A DNA stretch of 63,745 nucleotides, counting the filler, from Bigelowiella natans CCMP2755 (Eukaryota; Protista; Cercozoa): assembly GCA_000320545.1 (NCBI GenBank). It is 4 parts of 4 records of this genome, joined end to end, with 100 filler letters (N's around TTAATTAATTAA, not from the genome) between each part and the next. Parts side by side here need not be neighbours in the genome. Positions count along the whole stretch, not along the records: positions 1 to 18,512 come from ADNK01002836.1; 3 more parts are not named here. One strand, given 5' to 3'. The notes beneath the pieces were generated by a model. It searched no databases. It saw nothing but the letters and a program-made list of their open reading frames with translations, and was not told where the DNA came from. Below are positions 1 to 13,377 of this stretch, piece by piece. Each line of letters begins with the position of its first letter. The first letter of the stretch is position 1. The position numbers and the translations under genes were made by a program.

Positions 1-685
1 AGACGTAACAGGCTAGCAGGATCGTGTGTGTGGGATTGCATGTAGATGCACATGCTAGCACGGCTTGGGCATTGTGTGATTATGATTTTCATGTGTGTTT
101 GAGATGCGATGCTCGCCTACACCATCCATCCAGGTCGTCGATCAGTCTAGTGAAATAGTCATTCATTGATAATTTTCCACAACACAGGGTGACAGCATCA
201 CGAAAAGTTAAAATCCAGAAGAAGCGGCAGTCCCTACTGCTGGTTGTAGTGGCTTGGCTGCTGCTGCTGCAGCGCTGTTGCTTTTCTGTTGCTTTTCTGG
301 CCTCCTTCGAGTGCTCTTGCTACCACTACCGGTCGTATTTTTAGCGATGCTTGGAAAGAACAACAAACACAGTCGGGTGCGTTCTGTTCTCCTTCCAAAT
401 TTCCTTAGGGCGTGAGATGTAAATAACGATGAATCGAAGGAGAAGCATAAATGAGACTACTCTATCCGGATGCCGAATTGTCTAATTCCTGAACCTCAAT
501 GGGCCTTGCTCCTCTTTCCGACCGACGAGACGACGGAGGGGACATCAGAATAATATGGGGGGGGGGTGGGAGAAGAGGGGGGGGGGGGAAGGTGGAGTAG
601 AAGGATGCAGCAAAATAGTGATGGATATGGATGGGTGAGCTGAACTGATGCATGGTACTATTTGCAGCAGCACTAGAAATAATAC

Positions 686-1433
686 CCATATCCGCCCTCT
701 CAGCTGCTGCCTCCAAGGACATTGTCCACATGAACACGAATGTATACCTAACGACCGTCATCAAATCATCAAGAAGCAAGGACATCGTCATCACCCAAAG
801 AGCACACTACCACTCCATACTCATCATTTATCATCATTTATCATCACCCAATCATCGCTGTGTGCTGTGGCAAGTTATCGTGATCCATCGAATTCTCGTA
901 TCATCAATCAACGCTCTCCCTCTCTCTCTCTCCCCCCCCCACCCCTCCATGGCTGCTGCTGTTGGTGGTTGGTTTTTCCGTGGCAGTGCTAAATTAAAGT
1001 CCTCACATGGCACCCTCAAACAACGACTGGCATGCCCCAGCAATCACGACTTCCTGGTGACGACGTAAACAGAGGACATCACGACATTAGCGGGGCGGAG
1101 GGGGGGGGGGGAGGGAGGGAAGAGAGAGAGAAATAGAGAGAAATAGAGAGAAAACTAATCTGTATCGAATCCCTTTTCCTAGGACATATCGGTGACTTCC
1201 GCCCCTCCTTCACCCTTCTTCAGCAGCTTTTCCACACCTGATTTTGAACGATGACAGTGGAGGCCATCTGCATCTGCTCGAGGAAAGGCGAAGTCTTATT
1301 CCCATAGTTCTCCATCCACGTGAGAGCCACCACGGTCGTGCCTGCAGCATGTTGTTTGGATTATTACTTACAAAAAAATACCTAAGTGCTTTCCTCTCGG
1401 CCCATGATTGTATTTTTTGATTAATGGTATATA

Positions 1434-1486
<53 letters not shown>

Positions 1487-2281
1487 GATATCAACATACA
1501 TATGTGTATGATGATGATACCGATGGTAAGAAGGATAGCCGCACAGTCAAATGGTGCGACGAGGTTGTCCCCCTCTCCGTTGGAAAAGGTGCGGGCTAAA
1601 GCGAGAAGGCAGCAAACGCATGAGCACGGAGGAAGAAGAAGAAGAAGATTACGACAGAGATATCAGCAATTATTCGGATCGATTCAGTGGTATAGGTATC
1701 AACAGCAGCACTAGAAGACAACGAAGAACGTGGGGGCTGCTAGGATACGAGTTCACACGCGACGGTCATCGACGGTCATTGCCCTCTCGCATACACGGTC
1801 AAAGTCGTTAGATCGCCAGCAGCAGCATCCGGTCTCTATTTTCCATGCACGCATCTCATACTACCTGCCCACTGCCCCACTAATCCAGCACTGATGGCCA
1901 CGATGGAGTTACAGAAGTATGCTTGAGAGAAGGTTCCGCCAAGGAGGCTTGTGTCGCCAAAGAATCAAGCAGAAGGGGGGATCAGTAGGCGGGGGGAGAG
2001 GAAGGGGGGGGGGGAAGGGATAGGGGTTGACGGAATATTGACTCGTGAAGGCTTTTGCATGCATGGAGGAGAAGCGAGAGGATGAGATGTTTCTACTGTA
2101 TGAATACTCTCTGCTATTCTCTGATGCTGGCCCTGAAATCGGGGGTATCAATGGCAAAACAGCGCTTGCTTCCGAACAAACCACCACCTTGGCGCAAATC
2201 TCTGCTCGTTGTGCTCGCATACCATCCATGCCTCAAAGACAGAGAACAGTAGGGATGTTGCCACTCCTTCGTTAGTATAAC

Positions 2282-2322
<41 letters not shown>

Positions 2323-3012
2323 CAGTCAGTCAGTCAGTCAGTCATTCAGTCAGATGAAAGTGCTTCTGGAGATGAGTGACGGTTGGTACTATCCGTCACA
2401 AAAAAAAGTGTGGATGACGTGTTCAGGGGGTATTCTATTGAGTTGGTGCTATACACTACAAGGACCTCCTAGCAAGCGGCCGAGCATCAGAACGTAGAAG
2501 TTTGAGAAGTGCTGGAATAAGAAGGGATAGAGAGAAGGGGAAGAAAGGAGGGGGGGGGGCAGGAAATATGATGAGTTAATAAATTGTACTTCTCTATGGC
2601 TTGCATGATCATTCTCAAATTTCTCTCTTTCTCCCTTTCACTCTCCTCCCTTTCCTCCCTCCGCCACCCCTTCTCGATAGGTCTCTCCCCGGCCTCCTCC
2701 CCATACACAAGATATCGCAAACGATGTCAGGCCCCTCCGTGCCTCTCAGAACATGAAGGTTTTTCTGGGAGGAAAATTGAGGCAAATTTTGTCTTGCACG
2801 CGCATCAGGCCAGACAAGGCGATGAGAATCGACAAGCCGGTCCATTTTATCGTGCGGCTTTACTTTCTTTGCAGTCATCATGGTATATTATAAGGATTAT
2901 TACCTTGGTGAAGCATGACAGAGTGTATAGGATTCCGAAGAGTATGCATGTCTTCTTACGGCCGATCGTGTCTCCGAATGATCCGACTGGTGAGGAAATC
3001 AAGTGTGGAGAA

Positions 3013-3056
<44 letters not shown>

Positions 3057-3568
3057 CCAAGATGATGATTGATGATGATGATGATGATGGTGATGAAGAT
3101 GATGATGCGAGATCAATCGATCGTATTTCTCAGATGCTTAATTTTTTAAATACCATAATTACCTATTGTTCCAAAAACCATTGAGGCACCAAATCCGGCT
3201 ATGAATAGTGTCTGCAAAAAGTGGTGAAAAAGGGCATAAAGATCTGCCTACGTATGGATGCTCGTCACGCACTCTCATTCGTACCGAAATCTCCTCTTTT
3301 GCGTATCCATACGAGGCGTACAGAGCATAGACATAGGGACCCTGGAGCCAATCTGATCCCATCATCACTAGGAACACGAAAACCTAAGTTAAAGACTCAT
3401 ATCAGTCAATCACGCCTGACAGAGTAAACGTAACAAACGCACATAATTTCTCTGGAAAGAGACAAATGAGGGGCTGGATTCCGGCGCTTGTTTGAATGGA
3501 TTGGTCTTATACGCAAGGTAAGCGCATACTGCCCCAAGGGAGTAGAAGATGAAGTCGACCACACTCAT
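686..3568 (-). CDS. MFSD5: MFSD5-like molybdate-anion / MFS transporter (DUF791 family), multi-exon, 3' end not resolved in window
   Basis: ATG at 3568. GT-AG exons join to FQRNY|VFVFLVMMGSDWLQGPYVYALY, LFIAGFGASMVFGTI, GSFGDTIGRKKTCILFGILY, HFSNFYVLMLGRLLGG|VATSLLFSVFEAWMVCEH, APFDCA, WMENYG, QSLFEGAM|YTFVFMWT, all hallmark MFSD5 motifs. Last recognised exon ends at 686. Confidence 0.9.
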
Positions 3569-5008
3569 GAGGTTAGGGGAGGGGTGGGTCGAATCCAACG
3601 AATCCTGTGCGGATCGCGTTTCGATTCGTGGCGATGGTCAAATACGATGTCGCAGGATAATAACCGCATCCAATTTATCGATAAACGTAGCTCCGGTGAC
3701 GTGTCTCGAGGTGCGCGAAGACAGAGAACTTCGCAGCGCGCAACAACTCCTCCAGAATGAAAGTGCCCGTTGGTTGTCGCACCCTGAAATTATGATGCGA
3801 TTAATGAGATCCGAAGTGAACGGGGTTATTTTGAAGACGCAGGTTTAAAAGGGCATGCTTTCTATCGAATATTGCGTCGCTGGACTCCAGTCACCGGTCT
3901 TACTGCTTTCCGACGAAAGGAGGACCAGTTATGGGACGTGCTAGCGCGAACAAGCTCGTGCTCGGCTTTGGAGGTCACGGCATTTTATTCGTTTCTACAT
4001 TTTGTTTTTTCTTGAATGTGTAGTGTACGGGGAGGGAGGATGGGGTCGGTCGTTGTATGTTTAGCATTAAATCATGTATGGATTCTCTGCGATTGAATGA
4101 GTTTGTAAATGGCATCGCAATGAGTTTCACTCTCACCGGCCCTATTCGTGTCTCTCATTCCCAATACTCTCAATTTTAAGAAGAAAGAGTCAGAATAGAG
4201 CACATATATGCATGCCAAAAAAACTCATCCGCAAGGATCTCATATTATTCTTGCATCAATTAAAATGTGCTCTTTGTTTCATCTTCAGTACAAAATTTTA
4301 ATCTATCCTCTTTCGTGGAAATCATTTTAGAGTAGTTTTGGTGATTATGTTTGGTTGTTTCATAGGACTTCTTGTGGCAGCTGTGGGTGTTGCAGTGGCC
4401 ATGCCAACTCTTAGAATTAGGCAGAAGAAAGAAGAAATGCGTGACAAGAAAAAGAAGAAGAACAAATCCAAATCCATGTGGAAAAATATAGATGACGCGT
4501 CGAAAAAAAGTTAGATCTTTACATGCTGCACACACATCTATATACGTACGATGTTATGTGCTACCTATAGTAGTCAGACATCATGGTGCGGCGCAGGCTA
4601 CCTCATGCAAGACTATGACTATAAACTACGATAGCGCACGCTACGTGCCTTACATGTGACACCATCCGTCATGCAGGGTTACCAGGAATGCAGTAGTTAC
4701 CTGTGTGTGCACGCACACACTGGATTGCAGACTTATATTTGTAGATTAGATGCACATGCTAGCATACATGTCTGTCTTACGGGCCAATCTATGTACGTGT
4801 GCAGTAGCAATCTAGCAATGTCTAGATGTTTGGATTGATAGATGCCATGCCAAAGAATGCAACTTAGAGATGATCCATTTTTCCATCTAACTAAATAATA
4901 TTTACAACTTCTATTTCTGGAACGATATCTAAGCGTGGCGTAAGAGAATCAGATTAGCTAATAATAAATCCATTTCGATTTTTGACTCCTAGGCCTTGGC
5001 ACATATCT

Positions 5009-6194
5009 TTAAGGTAAAGGTTTCTGTTTCTTTGACATTGCAACAGGATCGATTGGTAGATAGACCCCGTTGGTCCCGTTGAAGTACGGAATTGGCAGCA
5101 GATACAATGGGCCGAAGGCATCGCGGAGATTGTTCAAGTAGCCATGGTCAAACTTCAAGTGAGCTACTTCGAAACGACGTTGCACATACGGATCCTCGCT
5201 GTTCTTCTTTTCTCTGTACTCAATAGTGCTCATTGCATTCATTGCGAGGTAAAAGTGGAACACGAGGAAACCCAACAGAAGAGGAGTCAGCAATAGTGCG
5301 AGAGAGTAGACGACGACGACAGGGAAGAGATGGTTGGATCGGATGTTCGACATAATGTGAAGAACAGTCGGGGCCATCTGGATAACCATCATCGAGCACA
5401 AGCAAAATGCGTAGAATATGGTTAGAAAGAAGAATTTGTAGTTCGCGTATCCAACACAATTTGCAAGCCACGGACAGTGATGGTCCATTCGGAGGGTGCA
5501 CTTGCCACATATTCTGCAATGATGGGTCCTATCTGGCTTATATAAAGTGCAGAAACCGCAGAATCTGTGGGATCCATATTTTTTCTTTCGTTCTACTACC
5601 ACCATAGCCCGTACTATATCCTTCACGCTATCCCCAATTTTCATACCTGAAAATATGGAAATAAGGCACATTACGCGAAAAAAGGAAATTGGCAAATGGT
5701 TTCCCTAGACTATTCAAATTTTGTCATCCCACTCTCATATCTGATCTATCTATAACAGTTTTACCTATAGTGGCCATTATCTTTTTTATCGTATCCTCTG
5801 TTTGTAGGTCAATTCTGAAATGTCCATCTCGCCACTTTGCTACATCATCCGTAGTTTTCAACGGGATTCGGCCAGGGCTGCTCATGGCAGCCATCCGAAA
5901 GGAGTACAGAAATAATGCGAGGAATAAGTGAAACCCGACCATCACCATAAAAGTCTCCTTCTCATACAAGGTATAGCCCCAAAGTCCCGGTCCCAAGAAT
6001 GAATGGATCGACTCGACTCTAGGGAGGAGCTCGAAGATCATGAATACCCCATAACAAGTCGCGGTAAAACTTAGCACGTACATCGGTTTCAGCCATGCCA
6101 TGCAGTTGGAGCCACTGCATGTTGACTGTAAATCACTGTTCATCCCCTCCGGAGGTGTATTACCAAAAAACTTCCACACCTGCAAAAGTGCCAT
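5009..6194 (-). CDS. DHHC-type protein S-palmitoyltransferase
   Basis: Two exons (6194-5765, 5646-5009) with a phase-1 GT-AG intron. Contains RFCGFCTLYKPDRTHHCRICGKCTLRMDHHCPWLANCVGYANYKFF, a MSTIE (TTxE-like) motif and flanking TM helices. Confidence 0.95.
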
Positions 6195-7596
6195 GCTCAG
6201 ATAGACGTTGAAGAGCTTTTACCAAAGTGAAGTCTTTGACATTTTCTTTTATGTGACAAACTGCGCAGCATTTCGTACCCTATCTACACCGATGTATCCC
6301 ACTACTCGTATTACAGTTCGATGTAATCAATTCTATGACTACATTCACCTGCAGGTAAAGAGAGGAGGGGGCGAGGCTCGTTCGCTTCGCACAGTTTTTT
6401 GGTAACCTTGAGAGCGATTCTACGCTTTACCGGTCTGCATGCCGAAACAAATGGGCTGCACTTTTGATGGGAAACAGCCTTCTTAGTTGTCTCAGGCATT
6501 AATAGCATCATAATGTACTTAACGTACTTCCTTACATCAAAACGATATTGCTGAAAAGAGAGTGGGACCTGATTGTTTTTCGTTCGAGCCTACGAATGTG
6601 ATTTCACCAAGAACGACCTGAAATCATCGCATGTTTTTGGAATCCCGGAAATTATCATCTTCCCGGTGTTCCATTTTTCAGTAATTTAGTTCCATCTTTA
6701 TAGTTGGCTATGTTTATTTTTGCACCAAAATGCAATCTAGAGACTTGAAAAATTCACAGAATCATCCGAAAGACTGCGCTCATCCGACCGTTGTGGAGTC
6801 ACACTGCGAATCTAAATCGTGTGGAAGGTGAGGAGAAAAAAGACTAATGTTGGCACATCTATCTGGGAATACCAAGAACTTTCTGTTTTTGATGGTTTTG
6901 ACCAATGAGACTTGTTTTCCGAAACGTGAAATCAATGGCGCTGCCTTGCCCCGCCCCCGCCTTGTGCCTCTTCCGCACCTATTTTTCCCAATCGGAGTGT
7001 TGTGTTGTGTTGTTCTTCGGTTGGTTCTAATCTCTCCACTACTACCGCTCCGTTAGGTCCTGGGAACCCCCCAGTTTGCCAAGCGCCACAAGTCCTCAGA
7101 GCATTGCACGAAAGTCATGTCAAATCACAACACAATCCCAATGGACGCCTTGCCCCCCCCCCACTCTTTTCTTTCACATACGTAGAAAAACAGACGTCAA
7201 TACATTCCATGGGTGCAAAATATGTTGACAATGCGTGTTCGTGTGTGTGCGTGCTGTCAGCGAAGCAAGAAAGCACTGAAAACAAAAGGCTGCACAAATT
7301 CGATCTTCGTGTTGTCATCGTTGCTTGTCATAGCACGTGCAATGTGATGCATGGAATCACAACACATCAGCGCTGGCAGTCCAACTTGCTCAACACTCAT
7401 GCTGGCATGATCAAAAAAATTGGACACACTTCTAGACTTGTTGCATGCATCGAATTCAATGGCTTTAGTTGCACACTTTGCTAGTTTGATGATCATGATT
7501 GTTCACGATGGCATATGAAAGAGAGCAAATCGAATGCCATGTGCTGCATTTGCAGCAGCATGGCAGTGGTAACTGACAATCATCACTAGCTTGCGA

Positions 7597-10500
7597 TTAA
7601 CCCCTTGAGGTTGTTCTTTCGCTTGTACTAATCATTTCAGGAAATTGGGCCTGGAGTTCCTCAATGCCCTTGTTTATCGCTTCATTTGCAGCATCAGCTG
7701 TTTTCATAGCCATCTCTTCCTCCTCTTCCGTCCTGCTCGAGGTCAAAGAGGAGTCCTCGGTTTTGCGATTTTTTTTTGCCTCATTCATCTGCCGTGAAGC
7801 CTGCGCTGCTGCTCGGATTAGTTCGGCAGTATCCTCCTCCCCCTCCTTTTTTTTCTGCGTGTTCGTCTTACCTTCTTCTTCCATCCTTTTGGCAGCTTCT
7901 GAGTCCTGCCTTGGGTTGCCTACACGCAAGACCTCAGCTAGATTTGGAGGAGGGATAAAGCGGTAGAAGGAGAAGAGAGCGTCCCTCCGCATGGATTTGA
8001 AGAGCTCAACGAACTCGTAGTTCCCTTGGATCTTGTATTCGACCAACGGGTCTCTTTCCGCGTACATTTGGAACTGCACTTCGTTCTTCAAATCGTCCAT
8101 ATCCTAGCGCAGGCGAGGGGTTAGGACAAGATCACGGTCACAACAACTCAAAACAACTCATCTATTTTTGTGTGGAGGGGAGGATCGTATTACAAGACAG
8201 CGATGACGACAGTGAGGACGTACCTGCAGATGCTGCTTCCACTTGCCGTCAAGATTTTGCAAGAACCTACCGGAGGAGGGATGGAGGGCAAGGAGGAGGA
8301 GAAGAGGCAGTTCTCAAACATTATTCGCCATTAGATTAATAATCGTAGTTACTAATACTTACATGTAGCGTTGAGCTTCATCCGCACACCCCGGGTGCTG
8401 CTCTTCGACTGCTGCGACCTTGTCCCAGTAGGCCTCCACAGCACGTAGCCGCAAGTATTCACGGACCTTCTCGTAGTCACTGCCGCCAGAAATCTGCATC
8501 AATTTTACCCCAGTGATATCCTTGGCGGCGGGGAGGAACTGGCGCACGGTGTTTCCAACCCGCGCGAGGAGCGGAAGCCATCTTTCTCGCGACGTTTGCG
8601 GGCTAAGATGCGTCTCCAAGATGTCGTCCATCATACTCTCGGCGCAGCGGATCATGACGGGCGACATGTCCTCGTTGGTCAGAATCTCGCGCCGGTTCGC
8701 ATACCTGTCCGTGTGCGTGTGCGTGTGCGCGGTTGATTCTGTGTTTGTGTGTTGTGTTTGTGTGTTTGTATGTGTGTGTGTGTGTGTGTGCAGAGAGTGG
8801 ATAAGATGTGGTGGAGAACACGTGGGTGTTAGTACCATGCCTCACGCTGAGAAGAAAGGACGACGTCGTAGTCAAAGAGGGTCTTGCGCATACCAAAGAA
8901 GTAGCTTTCGACCTGTTCCTGAGCGTCGTCTAGTGAGCCAGACACGAGCTTGCTCTCCAAAGGCCTATCGTCTATATCCATCGACACCATGAAGTTCTTG
9001 ATCCTGTGCAGTGGTGGGAGTATCAGAAGTAGTAGTAGCGATTGTTTTGCGTCGTCAGCTCATATCACACACACGCGCGCGCGCACGTGCACGCACATTT
9101 TGAGGAAGAGATACTGCCGGCATATACACATAGTGAATGGTGAGTGCGGGGTAGTGATAGACTGAAGACGACGTCGGAAACAGTAGCAAACCAACACTTG
9201 TAAGCAAGCAGCGGCAGCACACCTGTCTCCCCCGAAGATGCGGAATAGCTGGTCCTCAAGAGAGAGGAAGAATCGTGTAGAGCCAGGGTCTCCCTGCCGC
9301 CCACTCCTCCCCCTCAGTTGGTTGTCGATACGCCTGCTTTCATGCCGCTCCGTACCGACCACGTGCAGGCCTGTTGGACGACCACAGAAAACAACAGCGT
9401 CAATGAATGGAGGCGTGCTACCGCTGATGAACGATATCCACTTCCTCAACTTCGTGCTTCACAAGATGCTCTTGCGATGTCATTTCTTTTATCTTGGGGA
9501 AAAAGAAAATAAAAAACATCGATTTTTTTCGATCCCTCTTCCTCGACTCTCCCCCCTCACACGGACCTCCGAGCGCGACGACTTCCTCCTTCTCCACGGA
9601 CGTCACCGACTTGTAGTCGGCCTCCACCAGCTGGAACGCCTCACGAATCTTTACCAAGACGGGGTCCTCCACCGGGGCCTTCTCAAACGCCTCGCTGAGT
9701 TTCTCCTCAGCTTCAAGTTCCGTGAGAGTACAGCTACCCCATTTCTCAAGGGCGAGGTCAACCGCTCCCTGCAATGCTGCCTTAGATTTTGGGGATAACT
9801 CGCAGGGGAAGATGCCCTCCGTGCGTACTCGCCATGTGTCCTTCGTCAGGGGCCGGATTCGGTCAACCCCATCGTCTAGGTTCACCTGTGTCGCGACAGA
9901 TTATTTCCAGGTACTACAATCAGATTTCCACATGCCACGATTAGCAGGGATGATGATGAAGAAGAAGGGAGACGGGTGGGGATGGTAGTGCAAAGGCGAT
10001 TTGTAATGATGGATTTCGGAACCATCGTACCCATGACCGCGGTCATTGTCTATTTTCCGAGGCCTCTTCTCTCACGCACGTTCCATTCGTCTTTTCCACA
10101 TTTCACCCCCAACCCCCCCGCTTCCCCCCCCATACTTTTTCTCCCCTTCTTTTGTTGCTAGCGACGCTATTCGTTAGCACTTACGATTTCTGGCATGAGG
10201 CGCTCCTTCAACTTCAAGCGAGCCATAAAGTCTGCATTGCCGCCGAGCAGGATATCCGTTCCACGACCGGCCATATTCGTTGCAATGGTCACCGCGCCGC
10301 GCCGGCCGCTCTGCGCGATGATCTCGCTCTCCCTCTCGATATTCTCAGGCTTGGCGTTGAGCACCTCGTGCCTAATCCCTTCGGCCTGCAGCATCTGCGA
10401 GAGCGCCTCGCTAGACTCGACGCTTGTCGTCCCGACCAGGATCGGCCGCCCCCCCTCGTGCAGCGCCCGGATCTCGTTGACGGCGGCGGAGTTCTTGTAC

Positions 10501-11031
10501 TCAACCGACGTGTACACCGCGTCGGGGTAGTCGTTGCGCAGGTTGGGCCGGTTGGTGGGGACGACGTTCACGCTCATGTCGTAGATCTCGCTGAACTCCC
10601 CCGCCTCCGTGTTGCCCGTCCCCGTCATCCCGGACAGCGTGTCGTAGCCGCGGAAAAGGTTTTGGTAAGTGATCGAGGCGATCGTAATCGTCTCCCTCTG
10701 CACTTCCACGCCCTCTTTCGCCTCGATCGCCTGGTGCTGCCCCCCCGACCAACGCCGCCCCGGCATCGATCTCCCCGTGAATTCGTCGACAATGACGATC
10801 TCGCCGTTGCGCACGATGTACTCCTTGTTGCGCCGGAACAGCTCCTTGGCCTTCAGGGCCAACGTGATGAAGGTCCCCCACCCCATGTCTTCAAGGCCAG
10901 AAATCTACGTCAGTTGAGGGAGAAGGAAGAGAGTTATACCTCTGGCGTGTTTACTACTGTGCAAGTGGCAGAGGGGGAGGGGGGCATTGCGCAAGGAAGA
11001 TACTAGACCAATGCTGCTACTACTACTACTG

Positions 11032-11062
<31 letters not shown>

Positions 11063-11469
11063 CATGACAGTTGCTACTTACTACTGCTACCTGCAGCACT
11101 TCCTCAGCAGCATCATAACCATCTTCCGTGAGCTTGGCCTCCTTCTTCTTCTCGTCGATCTCATAGTGCACGTCCTTCACCAGAACTTCGACGAGGCGGG
11201 CAGCAGTGGTATAGCGGTCTGATGGCGTATCCGCAGGGCCTGGGGAAGGGAGGGGGGGGAGGAAGAATTTAAGCGTGATCTTTGAAAGAAGTCGGCAAGC
11301 CAGTACGCCCCTCACGGACAGATAAGACTTGTCGTCGTCGTCATCATCGTCGCACATTTAATAATAGGTTTCTTGCATGATGATGTCGGCCATGCTACAA
11401 CAGCTCCTCCTCCTCCTCGTCTTGCTACTTCTACCACTACTAATACTGCTTTTACTCCTACTCCTTCTC

Positions 11470-11503
<34 letters not shown>

Positions 11504-13059
11504 CGGAGATGATAAGGGGCGTTCTGGCCTCATCAATAAGGATGGAATCGGCCTCATCAATCACGCAGAAGTTGAAGTCACGGATCACTAACTCCTTCTT
11601 CGTTTGAGCGAGGTTGTCGCGGAGGTAATCGAACCCAATCTCCGAATTCGTTGCATACGTGATGTCGCAGCCATACGCCTGCTGACGCGCCTCAGGGGAC
11701 ATGCCGCTCTGAATAATTCCGACAGTGAGGCCGAGCGCCTTGTGCACCTGCCCGATGTTTTCAGCATCTCGTTTCGCCAGGTAGTCGTTGACGGTCACGA
11801 CGTGTGCTCCGCGGCCTCCGAGGGCATTAAGATAGGATGGCAGGGCTGCCACCAACGTCTTGCCCTCCCCTGTTTTCATCTCAGCGATTTTACCGTCGTG
11901 GAGAACCTGCAGGGGAAATGAAGGGAAGGATAGGCATTAGCCCATGTCACCATGAAGACTGCATTGCTGTCTACGCTTGTGCGCTGCGAGTATGGAAGGG
12001 AGGAAAAGAGAGAGAGACAGAGGGGGGGGGGGGGGGGGGGGGATGGAGAGGGAACAAACGTGAAGGCACTCTTTAATGTTTAAACTAGCGTTGTTATATT
12101 TTCATGTGTCAGGTCGGTGTAGGCAATGACCATTCCCCCTATGATCTGCGAGTCGAAGGGACGGAGCCCCAGCACTCTTCTGGATGCCTCACGGACAACG
12201 GCGAACGCCTCGCACAGTATGTCGTCCTAATTAGAAGAATAATAAGAAGTCGGGTCGGAGAAAGGAAGAATAAGAATTTAAAACAGATTTTGCAATTTTG
12301 AATCCTACACAGAATTGATATTTATGCTCATCACTGCTCGTAAAACAACCCCCAAGCCCTGCCCCCCCCCCTCTACCTCCGTCTCGCCCGCCCTTAATCG
12401 ATCCCGAAATTCGTCCGTTTTTGCGCGAAGTTCATCATTGCTCAAGGCCTGTATCTTTGACTCTAACCTATTCACCTCAGCCACCTAATTTCGCATAAGA
12501 ATCAATAATGTGCAAGTCAGAGAGAAGCTTGAGAAGAGAGTACAACTTCTCATGTTTGTTATTTCGCTGTTTATCGCTCGGAAATCCGACGAACAACTTT
12601 CGCCCGGACGTTTTATATTTCCCTACTAGTAGTCAGCACCCGTTTGCGATAGAAGTTGAGTGTGAGCTCGGAAGCATCGATCCCGAGTGTTTCTTTGAGG
12701 TCAGAGAAGAAACCTCTGGGCCTCAACAACAGATGTCTTGCATGGCTTCTGCTCGACGTACTTTTGGGCAGAAGCTCCCCATTGAGAAGGTGATGCCTCT
12801 GCATTAGATTTTCCTTCGAAGTGGACATGTGACGGCGGGAAAGCGCCTCTGCCGAGCGAATAGAAGAGTGGGGAGGGGGAGACGCGTGGAAGCTCCTCGA
12901 TCGACCTGAATAACTCCTTGAACTCCTCACCCCGACTCCTAAACCCTCCCCTCCCGCCAAAGCAATCAAACCTGACAACACCATCAGCATCGCCAGCGCG
13001 AAGGAGGAATAGTAGACGGCCTTGCGGCCGTGGGGGGTGAGTGGGGGGGGGAGGGCCAT
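7597..13059 (-). CDS. secA: Plastid-targeted preprotein translocase SecA (cyanobacterial/green cpSecA1 type) with bipartite leader
   Basis: Exons encode [89 protein letters not shown] and DPLVEYK. The plastid/cyanobacterial insertion ([13 protein letters not shown]...FPCELS...[10 protein letters not shown]) is present. The N-terminus has a hydrophobic signal ([17 protein letters not shown]) followed by a Ser/Arg-rich transit-like segment. Confidence 0.95.
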
Positions 13060-13377
13060 TGGTTCTCTTGCGACCCCAAGAGACTCTCAGGAGATGCCTC
13101 AGATCCTTGAAATTAGACAGATTTATGAGGGATAAATATCCTTTATAATGTCGTTAAATTTTGGAAGTTATGAGCATGATTTTAGTATATTCCTCGCATA
13201 AATTCGAAAAGTATTCGGTCAAATCCAGCCAACATATATCATACCAAAATTGACCAGCCGAGATAAAGCCCAAACGAACGTTGGAACACTAAACAACAGA
13301 GAAATAATGTCTGCGACAATAAATTATGCGTTGTCGCAGGAAAACATTCGCGCTCCGGAACCAGTTCTCTTAGGGGC
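13060..13377. promoter_or_regulatory. Compact divergent promoter region between secA and the SelO gene, with a 9-bp inverted repeat
   Basis: 318 bp between opposing ATGs. CTGCGACAA (13311-13319) and TTGTCGCAG (13331-13339) form a perfect inverted pair. Confidence 0.6.

Noticed and set aside
10152-11006. 284-aa + strand ORF and other overlapping ORFs
   Set aside because: Antisense shadows of the GC-rich secA exon.
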